Positions 30,450 to 38,699 of a stretch of 64,000 nt of DNA are shown piece after piece. The stretch comes from Planctomycetota bacterium (GTDB lineage: Bacteria > Planctomycetota > JAZDJP01), in the NCBI GenBank assembly GCA_043803805.1, contig JAZDJP010000031.1:1222-65221 (forward strand), in the 5' to 3' direction. Under the pieces are notes generated by a model. The model was given only the letters and a program-made list of their open reading frames with translations. It was not told the origin of the DNA and searched no databases. Each line of letters starts with the position of its first letter. Position 1 is the first letter of the stretch. The translations under genes and the position numbers were made by a program.

Positions 30450-30477
30450 TTGACGCCCCCCACGCCCGGGGTAGAAT
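30450..30477 (+). promoter_or_regulatory. Candidate strong promoter TTGACG-N16-TAGAAT
   Basis: TTGACG at 30450-55 and TAGAAT at 30472-77. A GGGTAGAATG box recurs at 33517-33526 in front of the next cargo transcription unit. Confidence 0.45.
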
Positions 30478-30483
30478 GACCGA

Positions 30484-30712
30484 CGGTTTGAGGGACAGTT
30501 TCACAGGAGGTCTTATTGACCCACGCGTCACGTTGACGTAATCAACTCGAACACCAACGCAGGTCGTTGCCACTATCAAATCGCCAGTTTGAAAAGGGAG
30601 GCAGAGGCTTGTCTGTTGGTGCCCGAAAGGGCACCAGCATGATGAAGCCGCCCTCCCGAAGGCTCTGGCGAGCCTGATAGTGGGTGGTGGAGTCGGCTGG
30701 TGCTCTTTTTTG
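30484..30712 (+). ncRNA. Candidate ~220-nt structured RNA or leader of the cargo operon
   Basis: Lies between the promoter and a T-run (30706-11). Contains the hairpin GGTGCCC-GAAA-GGGCACC (30618-35), the hairpin GGCTC-TGGC-GAGCC (30661-74), and a closing helix GCACCAGC (30631-38)/GCTGGTGC (30696-703) followed by TCTTTTTT. Confidence 0.3.
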
Positions 30713-30761
30713 TTGTGGTGGTTGGTCAAATTGCCCTCAGGGGCTGGAAGGAGGTTGGTCA

Positions 30762-31010
30762 ATGTCCAAAATCGTTCAGGAGACAAAATGCACCTGCCGT
30801 GCCTGTGGGAACATTTGGTATTACGGTAAGGCCGAGGCGTTGGAGCAAGCAGGAAAACAAATGCAGCAACTTGGAAAGTCCATGGCGTGTTGCACCGGTT
30901 GCGCACCGGCCGCATTCCTGCCGAACCAGCAAGTAAAAGACCTTAACAAATGTCCAAAATGTAATTCAGGGGCAGTGGACAAACAGATTGTGAGGCACAC
31001 GGTTGAATAA
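30762..31010 (+). CDS. Small multi-Cys zinc-ribbon protein
   Basis: The ATG at 30762 follows GGAAGGAGG. 82 aa with CTCRAC ... CCTGC ... CPKC cysteine clusters. Confidence 0.55.
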   Translation: MSKIVQETKCTCRACGNIWYYGKAEALEQAGKQMQQLGKSMACCTGCAPAAFLPNQQVKDLNKCPKCNSGAVDKQIVRHTVE

Positions 31011-31230
31011 GGTCACCATTCCTTTCATCTGGGCCGTTCGTGTTTACCAAATTGTGGGGTCCCCGATTTCTCGAAAAATTGGCATAAACTGCCGTTTTTA
31101 TCCAACCTGTTCCGAGTATATGATTTTATCACTTAAAAAATACGGCGTGCTGACGGGTTTGAAAAAGGGGATCGCTCGCTGGTTTCGGTGTAGGCCGGAT
31201 AATCACCAAAGTTGCATTGATTACCCTTGA
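31003..31230 (+). CDS. YidD-like (PF01809, membrane protein insertion efficiency factor family) protein on a mobile element
   Basis: The CRFYPTCSEY core motif and the 75-aa length are typical of YidD. A TTG start overlaps the preceding ORF by 8 nt. Confidence 0.7.
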   Translation: MNKVTIPFIWAVRVYQIVGSPISRKIGINCRFYPTCSEYMILSLKKYGVLTGLKKGIARWFRCRPDNHQSCIDYP

Positions 31231-31323
31231 GCCATAGCAAATAGTGCAACGGAAGACGGCATAACGAAAGGAAGGAAGGTTACAAAGCAACCGCCCCCCA
31301 GGGCAAAACAGGAGGAACAAGCG

Positions 31324-32184
31324 ATGATGTCGAAACGCGTATCGGATAGGCTCGTGCGAGGAATCACGAGGTTTCAGCAGGTTCTTCTAGTTGCCAAAGA
31401 CCGCGACATAAACGAGGCCGACACGGTCTCCATCATCAAGGATATGCTGGCGGATATTTTCGGCTACGATAAATATCTCAATGTAACGAGCGAGTTTGCC
31501 ATCCGCGGAACCTTCTGCGACCTTGCCGTCAAGGTCGAAAACAAAGTGGAGTTCATGATCGAAGTCAAAGCGATCGGGCTTGAGTTGAAGGAAGGCCATC
31601 TACGCCAAGCGATTGAATATGGCGCAAACAACGGCGTTCCATGGGTTATCCTGACGAATGGCATGGCCTGGCAAGTGTACAAGATTCGATTTGAACAACC
31701 GATCAACTACAATCCCGTATGCGAGTTCAACTTCGCCGAACTCGACGCGAAGAATGAAGAGCATCAGGAAAAGCTTTTCATTATCTGCAAGGAAGGATTG
31801 GCCAATGACGCCCGCGAGGAGTTTCACAAGAAGATTATGACCGTCAACCGGTTTATGCTCGGTGCCATCATTCTCAGCGATGATGTTGTGGGCGTCATCC
31901 GCCGTGAACTCCGGAAACTGTCAGGCGGCGTTTTGGTGACACACGAAGAAATCGCGATGGTTCTCGAAAGCGAAGTCTTGAAACGTGATGTATTGGAAGG
32001 GGATGAGGCAACGAAAGCTCAGGCGCGAGTGCGCAAGTTGTACGGGAAAACGTCGCGGCGTCCACGAGAGACGGAGAGCGAGAAGGCCTCTGAGCAACCG
32101 CAGGATCAACTCAAGGAGGAAGCATCTTGCCCTGATAAACTTCTGAATCAAGACGCGCAGAAATCGGAACCGGAACAGAAATAA
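31324..32184 (+). CDS. PD-(D/E)xK protein resembling the type I restriction HsdR N-terminal domain (HSDR_N_2-like) with an acidic/lysine-rich tail
   Basis: FCDLAVKVENKVEFMIEVKAIG (D...ExK) and WVILTNGMAWQVY match my recollection of PF13588. The C-terminal ~80 aa are low-complexity and charged. Confidence 0.55.
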   Translation: MMSKRVSDRLVRGITRFQQVLLVAKDRDINEADTVSIIKDMLADIFGYDKYLNVTSEFAIRGTFCDLAVKVENKVEFMIEVKAIGLELKEGHLRQAIEYGANNGVPWVILTNGMAWQVYKIRFEQPINYNPVCEFNFAELDAKNEEHQEKLFIICKEGLANDAREEFHKKIMTVNRFMLGAIILSDDVVGVIRRELRKLSGGVLVTHEEIAMVLESEVLKRDVLEGDEATKAQARVRKLYGKTSRRPRETESEKASEQPQDQLKEEASCPDKLLNQDAQKSEPEQK

Positions 32185-32209
32185 AGACGCTTGCCCTGGG
32201 CAACTTTAA

Positions 32210-32482
32210 ATTGCCGGAAAGGGCGAGGGAGCCGATGCGCAATCTTTTATCGTCAGCTCGAATCTCAAGCGGCGTCACCTGACGCGAGAACAACGGGACG
32301 ATGTAATCCGGGGACTTCGTGAACAGGGAATGACGTTGCAGAAAATTGCGGGAGCGGTGGGGGTGAGTCTTAAGACGGCACATCGTGCAACAGATGCTTT
32401 GTCAAATGACAAAGGTGAAGTCCTGGGCGCGGACGGCAAAGTCCGCCCCGCGCACTACGCCTCACTACTGCGTGGGCAGTAA
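32210..32482 (+). pseudogene. ParB-like/HTH gene fragment lacking start and N-terminal domain
   Basis: The frame opens right after a TAA at 32207 with no start codon. It reads DAQSFIVSSNLKRRHLTREQRDDVIRGLREQGMTLQKIAGAVGVSLKTAHR. The NLxRRHLT + HTH arrangement is typical of phage/plasmid ParB-like proteins. Confidence 0.45.
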
Positions 32483-33369
32483 TCTCGTCTCACAAGTTCC
32501 TGCCCGATTTGTTTCCACGCTTCTTCTGGCGAAATGGGTAGTTCGAGTCCTTTAAATTCTCTCGTGGCAACCTCCAAAAACACAGTCTCAACCCGCTCCA
32601 TCTCTATCGCCTGTTCCTCCATGATAAAGGCAATCCCGTTTATAACCCCCGGGGCAAACGTTCCATCCGCAGGATCAAATCTTTTTTGTTTGCTCATTTC
32701 GCTGGAGAGTCCGCCCAAATTGTTCGGACCGTTAACGTCCAAATAACATGTCCATAAAAAGTATCCGAGGGCAGCATTCCACTTTTTTTCTTGCTGGAGT
32801 ATCTTTGCCTGTCCGAGCCTGACATTTCTGTAAAGTCCCCAGTTACCGTTTTTCACATGCTCCAACGACTCCATGTTCAACGAAGCCCACTTTGCGTCAT
32901 TTTCCTGCGGACTTGGATTTCCAGCAGCCGCCCATAGTTCGTCTATCTTTTTCTTCTGGTCTTCTGTGACAAGCACCTTTTTCTTGTCTGATGGCCGCGT
33001 GCGGACATAGATGTATTGTCCACATGACTTGCACTTACTTTTCCTCACGGGCCTTTTTTCGAGATTGGTTTTACAGTATGGACATGCTGACTCAACTGTG
33101 CCGATATGAGCATTCACCAAAGACATGAATTTTGCCCGCGCCTTCGCCTCTTTCACTTGGGTACGCCGATATGCCATCGCCACGAAAATCGGGAATAGGA
33201 ATGCAACGGTTGCCAGTGACATGCCTGTTAACGCCCCCCACCTGCGGGGTGTTTGAATTGCCACAAAAATGGCGAGGGTGAAGGAGGAAAACAACACAAG
33301 CACTATCGCAAGCAAACATCCACACCCTGAAGTTTCAGCGGACGGGTTCCGAGATAAGCCCTTGGGCAT
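32455..33369 (-). CDS. Two-TM, zinc-ribbon (CPYC...CKSC) protein with an unknown C-terminal domain
   Basis: Starts MPKGLSRN. TM helices CLLAIVLVLFSSFTLAIFVAI and MSLATVAFLFPIFVAMAY. This is the most AT-rich gene of the element. Confidence 0.55.
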   Translation of the reverse strand: MPKGLSRNPSAETSGCGCLLAIVLVLFSSFTLAIFVAIQTPRRWGALTGMSLATVAFLFPIFVAMAYRRTQVKEAKARAKFMSLVNAHIGTVESACPYCKTNLEKRPVRKSKCKSCGQYIYVRTRPSDKKKVLVTEDQKKKIDELWAAAGNPSPQENDAKWASLNMESLEHVKNGNWGLYRNVRLGQAKILQQEKKWNAALGYFLWTCYLDVNGPNNLGGLSSEMSKQKRFDPADGTFAPGVINGIAFIMEEQAIEMERVETVFLEVATREFKGLELPISPEEAWKQIGQELVRRDYCPRSSEA

Positions 33370-33495
33370 TAATATCACCCGGGGAGAGTCAGAAATGGCA
33401 TTATACTGTTCCTCTTTAAGTCAGGAAGGGAAATGGAACGGGGGGGCGACGCGAATGGCACGCTCCGAGGTTGTCTTCGCCGGGTGTGTATCTCG

Positions 33496-33525
33496 TTGGC
33501 GAGAATGGGAATGAGCGGGTAGAAT
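33496..33525 (+). promoter_or_regulatory. Candidate promoter TTGGCG-N18-TAGAAT
   Basis: TAGAAT at 33520-25 sits inside a GGGTAGAATG box similar to the one at 30469-78. Confidence 0.35.
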
Positions 33526-33616
33526 GTCCTTTGATATAGTGTTTTGCCGGGGCTAGGGTTCGCGGCCCGATAAAGCGGTGAGTCCAACCGCCTGCCCCTT
33601 TTTATTGCACGGACGC

Positions 33617-34459
33617 ATGAAAGGACAGCATGCCATGAATTCACGCAAAAAAGCGACTCCCGGGGGCGCATCATCCAAAACCCACGGGTTCGAAGTTGCC
33701 GATCTGATTGAAGCCTTTCTTCGCGAATGCTCGTCATATATTCCGTGGGCGAAACTTAATCAATCCCCCTCGTTTGATTCGATGACTCATAAGAAGAAAA
33801 TGGACGCCAAAGAGGGCATTCGGCAGAAGGGCGGGAAATTGGCGGAGGCCCTTGAGCGTATTGGCGAAGACAACAGCGACGTGCTCAAAGTCATTCATTG
33901 CGTGGACGGTGGAGGCGGCGGCGTTGAAGGTTTGGGGAGGATATGGCCTGCTCCGAAGATTACATTACAGGGGATTATGATAAGGTTGAGGTGTGGCACG
34001 GCTGACATTCCGGGCATGACTCGGCAGGATGCACGAGACAAGTTGCTGGGCATGGTTGAGAGCAATGAACCGTATACGTCGGTTGACAATCTGGCGAAAC
34101 GGGTGGGTTGCAGTAAAACCACGGTTCACGAGGCGATCCAGAGTTTCCCGAAGTTGAAAGAATGGCAGGCCAAGTCAGCGAAAAAGTCGCCCGGGACGCG
34201 GAGTCTCAATGCCGTTGACTTGGACAACAGACTAGGGGATGAAGATGACCCGGCCGACATCGCTGCCGGGAATGAACAACTGGACACCGTGTTCGCCAAA
34301 CTCCTGCAAGAGGCTACACCGGAAGAACGCGCCGACTGGAACTCGAAGACACCAGAACAACAACACGATCTTGCCCGATTACACTTGGAGCAGGAAAAAG
34401 AGATTCGCATTGAAGACAAGGCCAAAAAGGGCAATATTCTACTTGGCCGGAAGCCCTGA
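33617..34459 (+). CDS. Hypothetical HTH-containing protein
   Basis: The HTH-like segment NLAKRVGCSKTTVHEAIQSF is followed by an acidic/coiled C-terminus. The start is uncertain (33578 GTG, 33617 or 33635 ATG). Confidence 0.45.
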   Translation: MKGQHAMNSRKKATPGGASSKTHGFEVADLIEAFLRECSSYIPWAKLNQSPSFDSMTHKKKMDAKEGIRQKGGKLAEALERIGEDNSDVLKVIHCVDGGGGGVEGLGRIWPAPKITLQGIMIRLRCGTADIPGMTRQDARDKLLGMVESNEPYTSVDNLAKRVGCSKTTVHEAIQSFPKLKEWQAKSAKKSPGTRSLNAVDLDNRLGDEDDPADIAAGNEQLDTVFAKLLQEATPEERADWNSKTPEQQHDLARLHLEQEKEIRIEDKAKKGNILLGRKP

Positions 34460-34593
34460 CGGTATGCCGTTCGCGAACGTTCGCGAATGAAAATTCCGCA
34501 AAAAATCTCGCAATTCCAACCTTTTTGGTCTGTTCGCGCGAATAACTTCCTTCCTTCGTAGGGTGCGATGTCCCCAAAGGAAAGGAATTCGTG

Positions 34594-34809
34594 ATGGCTT
34601 CACAATGCCCCCCCAAGTTGAGAACCCCCGGCGTTATCGCCCGTGAGTTGGGCGAACCGCTACACCGCGTCGTGTACGTCTTGCGGACCCGGCCTTACAT
34701 CATGCCGTCGGCCCGAGCAGGCCGGTTTCGATTGTATGACTTGGATGCCGTGGCCATGATCCGGTACACGCTCAACAGCATGGATGCACGGAATGGAGGC
34801 CGCTCATGA
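34594..34809 (+). CDS. Small MerR/excisionase-type HTH protein
   Basis: GVIARELGEPLHRVVYVLRTR...GRFRLYDLDAVAMI. Its stop overlaps the next start (ATGA). Confidence 0.55.
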   Translation: MASQCPPKLRTPGVIARELGEPLHRVVYVLRTRPYIMPSARAGRFRLYDLDAVAMIRYTLNSMDARNGGRS

Positions 34810-36782
34810 TCACCGCCCGCGAAATGGCCTCCAGTTACATCAAAAAAGGCTGGGAGGTTGTGCGTATCCCCCCGCGCGAAAAGAGGCCGACTGAAGAAGG
34901 TTGGCCAACCCGAAAATTCACACCCGATGATTTCGCGGACGGCGACAACATCGGAGTCAAGACAGGTGACCCGTCCGGGGGGCTGGTGGACGTGGACCTT
35001 GACCATCCCCTGGCCGTCGAACTCGCCCATGAGTTTTTGCCGCCGACGGGGGCAACCTTCGGCCACGGCGATGGGCGCGACGTTTCTCCGGCCCATTGGT
35101 TGTATACATGCAAATCGCCCGGGCGAACCCACACATGGAAGGCCGCCAACGGCGCGATGCTTTTGGAGTTGCGGGCGACTGGCGTCCAGACAGTGTTTCC
35201 GGGATCAATCCATCCGTGCGGCGATTCCGTGGAATGGGTTGGCCGGGGCGACCCTGCCCCTGTGAAACGGGAGGATTTGGAAAGGGCCTGTGAGAATTTG
35301 ATCGCCGCCGTGCGGCAACGGTTGGGGGGAACGGCCATCCCTGCCCCGTCTGCCGCGCCGGCACCGGTTTTCCCGATTATTTCGAGCGACAGAAACTCTC
35401 TTTTGCGCCGGGCAGAAGCGTATGCATCGGCTGCAAAATCGGCAGTTGGGCCATCGAATGGGATTCACGGGGGGAGGACTGTCCAAGCGTTTAGTCTTGC
35501 CGGACACTTGGCCGCATTTTGTGACGGTGCGATGAGATTGACCGAAACGGAAATTCTGGAATTGTTGCGGACGCGGTGGAATCCCAGGAACACGCCGCCT
35601 CTGTCCGACGGCAAACTTGCCGCGACCGTTCATTCGGCGATGGTGAACGGTACGCCGCGAGCGGATCATCCGGGGAGAGAAAACGTCGCCCCGCCGACGG
35701 GGAAGGTTGCCCCCGCTACCAACCCGAAAATCTCATCAGATGGCCCCGTTCTTATCCGTCTTGCGGATGTCGCGGCAAAACCGGTCTCATGGGTTTGGGC
35801 GAATCGTATCCCGGCGAGGAAATTGTCGCTACTGGGCGGTGATCCCGATAATGGCAAAAGCCTTCTCACATTGGACATCTCGGCCCGCATATCGCGGGGG
35901 ATGGATTGGCCCGATAATTCCGGCTGCGCCGAGGTCGGTAGTGTGATCTTGCTTTCGGCCGAAGACGACGCGGCGGACACAATCCGGCCGCGTCTGGAAG
36001 CGGCTGGTGCGGACCTCGCGAAAATTCACATATTGGAGGCTGTTCGAGAACGCGACAAACCCCGACCGTTTTCTCTGGATCGGGATGTTGAACAACTGGA
36101 ACCCGCGATCAAAACGTTGCCCGATTGCCGGTTGGTTGTTGTAGACCCTGTTTCCGCCTATATGGGGGCCGGGACGGATTCCCACAAGAACACGGATGTC
36201 CGGCGGGTACTGGCTCCGCTTGCGGCCCTCGCGCAATCGTCCGGGGTGGCGGTCTTGGCAGTGTCTCACATGAGTAAAGGGCAGGGCGGGAAGGCCCTGT
36301 ACCGTTCGATGGGTTCGCTTGGGTTTATTGCGGCCGCCCGGGCGGCTTGGCTCGTGGCTCGTGACAAACACGACCCGGCCCTGCGGCTTTTCGTTCCGAT
36401 TAAGAACAATCTGGCCCCTGGGGGAGTCGCCGGCCTTTCGTATCGAATCGAATCCAGCGACCTCGAAATCCCGGCCCCCCGGATTGTCTGGGGCGGTCCG
36501 GTCGCGGTGACGGCCGACGAAATCTTGGCCGCCGAACTTGCGCCCTCGCGGGGGCACGTCCGGGAAGAGGTGGAAGAGTGGCTCGAAAATTACCTTTCAG
36601 ACGGCCCCCGGCCAGCGGGTGAAGTCTATCAGGCGGCGGAGGGTGCCGGGTTTCACAAGCGGACGGTGGAACGGGGGAAACAGGCCCTCGGGGTCCGGGC
36701 GATCCGGCAAGGCTTTGGCGATGGTGGCACTTGGGTTTGGGCGTTGAATCATCAGACGGCCTCCCAAGAGGTCGAGACATGA
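34806..36782 (+). CDS. Bifunctional primase-polymerase (Prim-Pol) N-domain fused to an AAA_25/RepA-like ATPase
   Basis: N-terminus YIKKGWEVVRIPPREKRPTEEGW...GLVDVDLD (PF09250-like). C-terminal half GGDPDNGKSLLTLD (Walker A), LVVVDPVSAYMG (Walker B-like). 658 aa. Confidence 0.8.
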   Translation: MITAREMASSYIKKGWEVVRIPPREKRPTEEGWPTRKFTPDDFADGDNIGVKTGDPSGGLVDVDLDHPLAVELAHEFLPPTGATFGHGDGRDVSPAHWLYTCKSPGRTHTWKAANGAMLLELRATGVQTVFPGSIHPCGDSVEWVGRGDPAPVKREDLERACENLIAAVRQRLGGTAIPAPSAAPAPVFPIISSDRNSLLRRAEAYASAAKSAVGPSNGIHGGRTVQAFSLAGHLAAFCDGAMRLTETEILELLRTRWNPRNTPPLSDGKLAATVHSAMVNGTPRADHPGRENVAPPTGKVAPATNPKISSDGPVLIRLADVAAKPVSWVWANRIPARKLSLLGGDPDNGKSLLTLDISARISRGMDWPDNSGCAEVGSVILLSAEDDAADTIRPRLEAAGADLAKIHILEAVRERDKPRPFSLDRDVEQLEPAIKTLPDCRLVVVDPVSAYMGAGTDSHKNTDVRRVLAPLAALAQSSGVAVLAVSHMSKGQGGKALYRSMGSLGFIAAARAAWLVARDKHDPALRLFVPIKNNLAPGGVAGLSYRIESSDLEIPAPRIVWGGPVAVTADEILAAELAPSRGHVREEVEEWLENYLSDGPRPAGEVYQAAEGAGFHKRTVERGKQALGVRAIRQGFGDGGTWVWALNHQTASQEVET

Positions 36783-36805
36783 GCACCAAAGGCCGCCAAA
36801 TCATC

Positions 36806-36848
36806 CATAGACCGCCAATTCCCATATACCGCCAAGTGGCGGCCTATG
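36806..36848. repeat. Palindromic motif pair CATAGACCGCCAATT / AAGTGGCGGCCTATG (site B)
   Basis: Same motif as site A (29816-29877). It lies between the replicase stop and the xis-like gene. Confidence 0.7.
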
Positions 36849-36897
36849 GGGAAAACTCTCGAAATCGTATGATTTTGGGCATTTTGAGGAAGAAAGG

Positions 36898-37161
36898 ATG
36901 GGGACTATGACGACTGACGCGACAGCAACGGCAGGGACAATGCCCCCCCGGATGCTTTACTGGAAGCGCGACCTTATGGAACGGTTGGGGGTGTCCCGTC
37001 GAACCTTGGAACGCATGATTTCAACCGGGGAAATCCCCCGCCCGGAAATCCGCCTTCGAGGCCGGGGGGCGTGGCGAACGGATACAATCACCGATTGGAT
37101 CGCGGACGGGTGCCCCAGGGTGACGGCGGCGGGGACGGTGAAAATAATTCCCTTGGCTTGA
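36898..37161 (+). CDS. AlpA/excisionase-family HTH protein
   Basis: LMERLGVSRRTLERMISTGEIPRP...WRTDTITDWI is typical HTH_17. Confidence 0.65.
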   Translation: MGTMTTDATATAGTMPPRMLYWKRDLMERLGVSRRTLERMISTGEIPRPEIRLRGRGAWRTDTITDWIADGCPRVTAAGTVKIIPLA

Positions 37162-37188
37162 TTACGACACTTGCGTATAATAAGGGGT

Positions 37189-37410
37189 ATGAATTCAACG
37201 GAGTTTAGAAAACGGATTAGAGCGATGCGAGCGGAACATGGACTTACTCAAGGGAAGTTTGCCGAGGCGGTAGGGGTGAACCGTCGGACAATCGAAAATT
37301 GGGAACTTCCCCGGGCGGTGCCCGGACATCCGGAGTTGATTCTTGAGGCGTTGGCGGCACGTTTGAAGAACTTCAAATCCCGGCCGGCCGGGGGGAGGGC
37401 CGAATCATGA
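37189..37410 (+). CDS. XRE-family HTH regulator
   Basis: LTQGKFAEAVGVNRRTIENWE. TATAAT at 37176-81 ends only 7 nt before the ATG, so the transcript may be leaderless. The stop overlaps the integrase start (ATGA). Confidence 0.65.
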   Translation: MNSTEFRKRIRAMRAEHGLTQGKFAEAVGVNRRTIENWELPRAVPGHPELILEALAARLKNFKSRPAGGRAES

Positions 37411-38699
37411 AACACGCCAATGTCGGGTTCTGGTTGTTCCAAACGAAGGACAGGAAAGGGAAATATCATCCCCGATGGCGCATCCGCTTCCTGGGTGCGG
37501 ATGGGAAGATGGCCTATGCGACGGGCTTTTCCGACAAGGGCGAAACGGAACGCCTGGCAAAACAACTGGCGATGGAAGCGGACGAGGTCCGCCGGGGCAT
37601 CCGCAAGGCCCCAGAGGTTTCGGATCGGGAATCCCTGCGGCCCATTCAAGAGCATGTTGCGGCCTATATTCAATGGGGCATGACACAAGGGGGGCGCGGC
37701 GGGCGGTCCTGGGCCGCGAAACATGAACACGAGGTCCGGACAATCCTTCAGTGGTGGGTGTCTTATCTCCACCTCGAAACCTTGCGGGATATTACGCTGA
37801 CACGGGCCGAAAAGGCCCTTCAAGAAAAGGCGAAAAATGACGGAGTTGGGGGAAAGCGGTTGAATCATTACGCGATTATGATTCGGGCCTTGGTCCGTTG
37901 GTGCAAGCGGCGGGGGTTTATCGAACGCGACCCGTTGGAAGGGCTTTCCAAGTTTGATAACACGGTGAAGGCCCCGCGAAGGCCGTTGAAGTTGGATGAA
38001 TTGGGAACGCTTCTGGCGAATGCCCCTCCGGGTCGAGCGATCCTGTACCGGATGGCGGTTGAAACGGGATTCCGCCTTTCCGAACTCGCGTCGTTGCGCG
38101 TGGGGGACGTGGATATTGAAAAGGGGCATGTCTTCCTGCGGGGGGATTTTGCGAAGAACCGCCGGGACACGTATCAACCCCTCTCCTCGGATGTGATCGC
38201 CCTTCTCCCCCACGTCACAACAGGGAGAAAGTTGGAAGATCAACTTCTTCCGGCGGCCTCCCCCACCCATGCTTCCCGTTTTCTGGAGTTGGATTTGGAA
38301 AAGGCGGGGATCACGAAGCGGAATTTTTTCGGGAAGATTGATTTTCATTCCCTGCGGGTGACGCATGTGAACATGGGGATTGAGTTGGGGTTTGACGTCA
38401 AGACCGCCCAAACCCTCGCCCGCCACCAATCCCCCGAAATGACGATGAATGTCTACGCCAAGGCCAACCCGGAACGGTTGCGGGCGGCCTCGGAAAAGAT
38501 CGGGAAAGCGGTGTCGGAAGCGGTGAAAAAACCGGAGAACAGTCGAACCGGAGTCAAACAGGGCGAATGGCGTCTTGCGGCGGGGGCGGAAAATCTGACG
38601 CAACCGGTTGCGCTGCCGGTGGCTTCCGGCAACGCTTATAAGAACGCGGGCGACGGGGCTCGAACCCGCAACCTTCGGATCGACAGTCCGATGCTCTAG
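37407..38699 (+). CDS. Tyrosine recombinase/phage integrase
   Basis: GFRLSELASLRVGDVD (Arg I), HSLRVTH, LARHQSPEMTMNVYAK (His/Arg II ... Tyr). The last ~18 codons are encoded antisense to tRNA-Asp. Confidence 0.9.
   Translation: MKHANVGFWLFQTKDRKGKYHPRWRIRFLGADGKMAYATGFSDKGETERLAKQLAMEADEVRRGIRKAPEVSDRESLRPIQEHVAAYIQWGMTQGGRGGRSWAAKHEHEVRTILQWWVSYLHLETLRDITLTRAEKALQEKAKNDGVGGKRLNHYAIMIRALVRWCKRRGFIERDPLEGLSKFDNTVKAPRRPLKLDELGTLLANAPPGRAILYRMAVETGFRLSELASLRVGDVDIEKGHVFLRGDFAKNRRDTYQPLSSDVIALLPHVTTGRKLEDQLLPAASPTHASRFLELDLEKAGITKRNFFGKIDFHSLRVTHVNMGIELGFDVKTAQTLARHQSPEMTMNVYAKANPERLRAASEKIGKAVSEAVKKPENSRTGVKQGEWRLAAGAENLTQPVALPVASGNAYKNAGDGARTRNLRIDSPML

Noticed and set aside
33375-33737. 120-aa minus-strand ORF in the divergent intergenic region of the island.
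   Set aside because: It overlaps the promoter region and the start of the + strand HTH gene, has no RBS or motif, and has an atypical composition.
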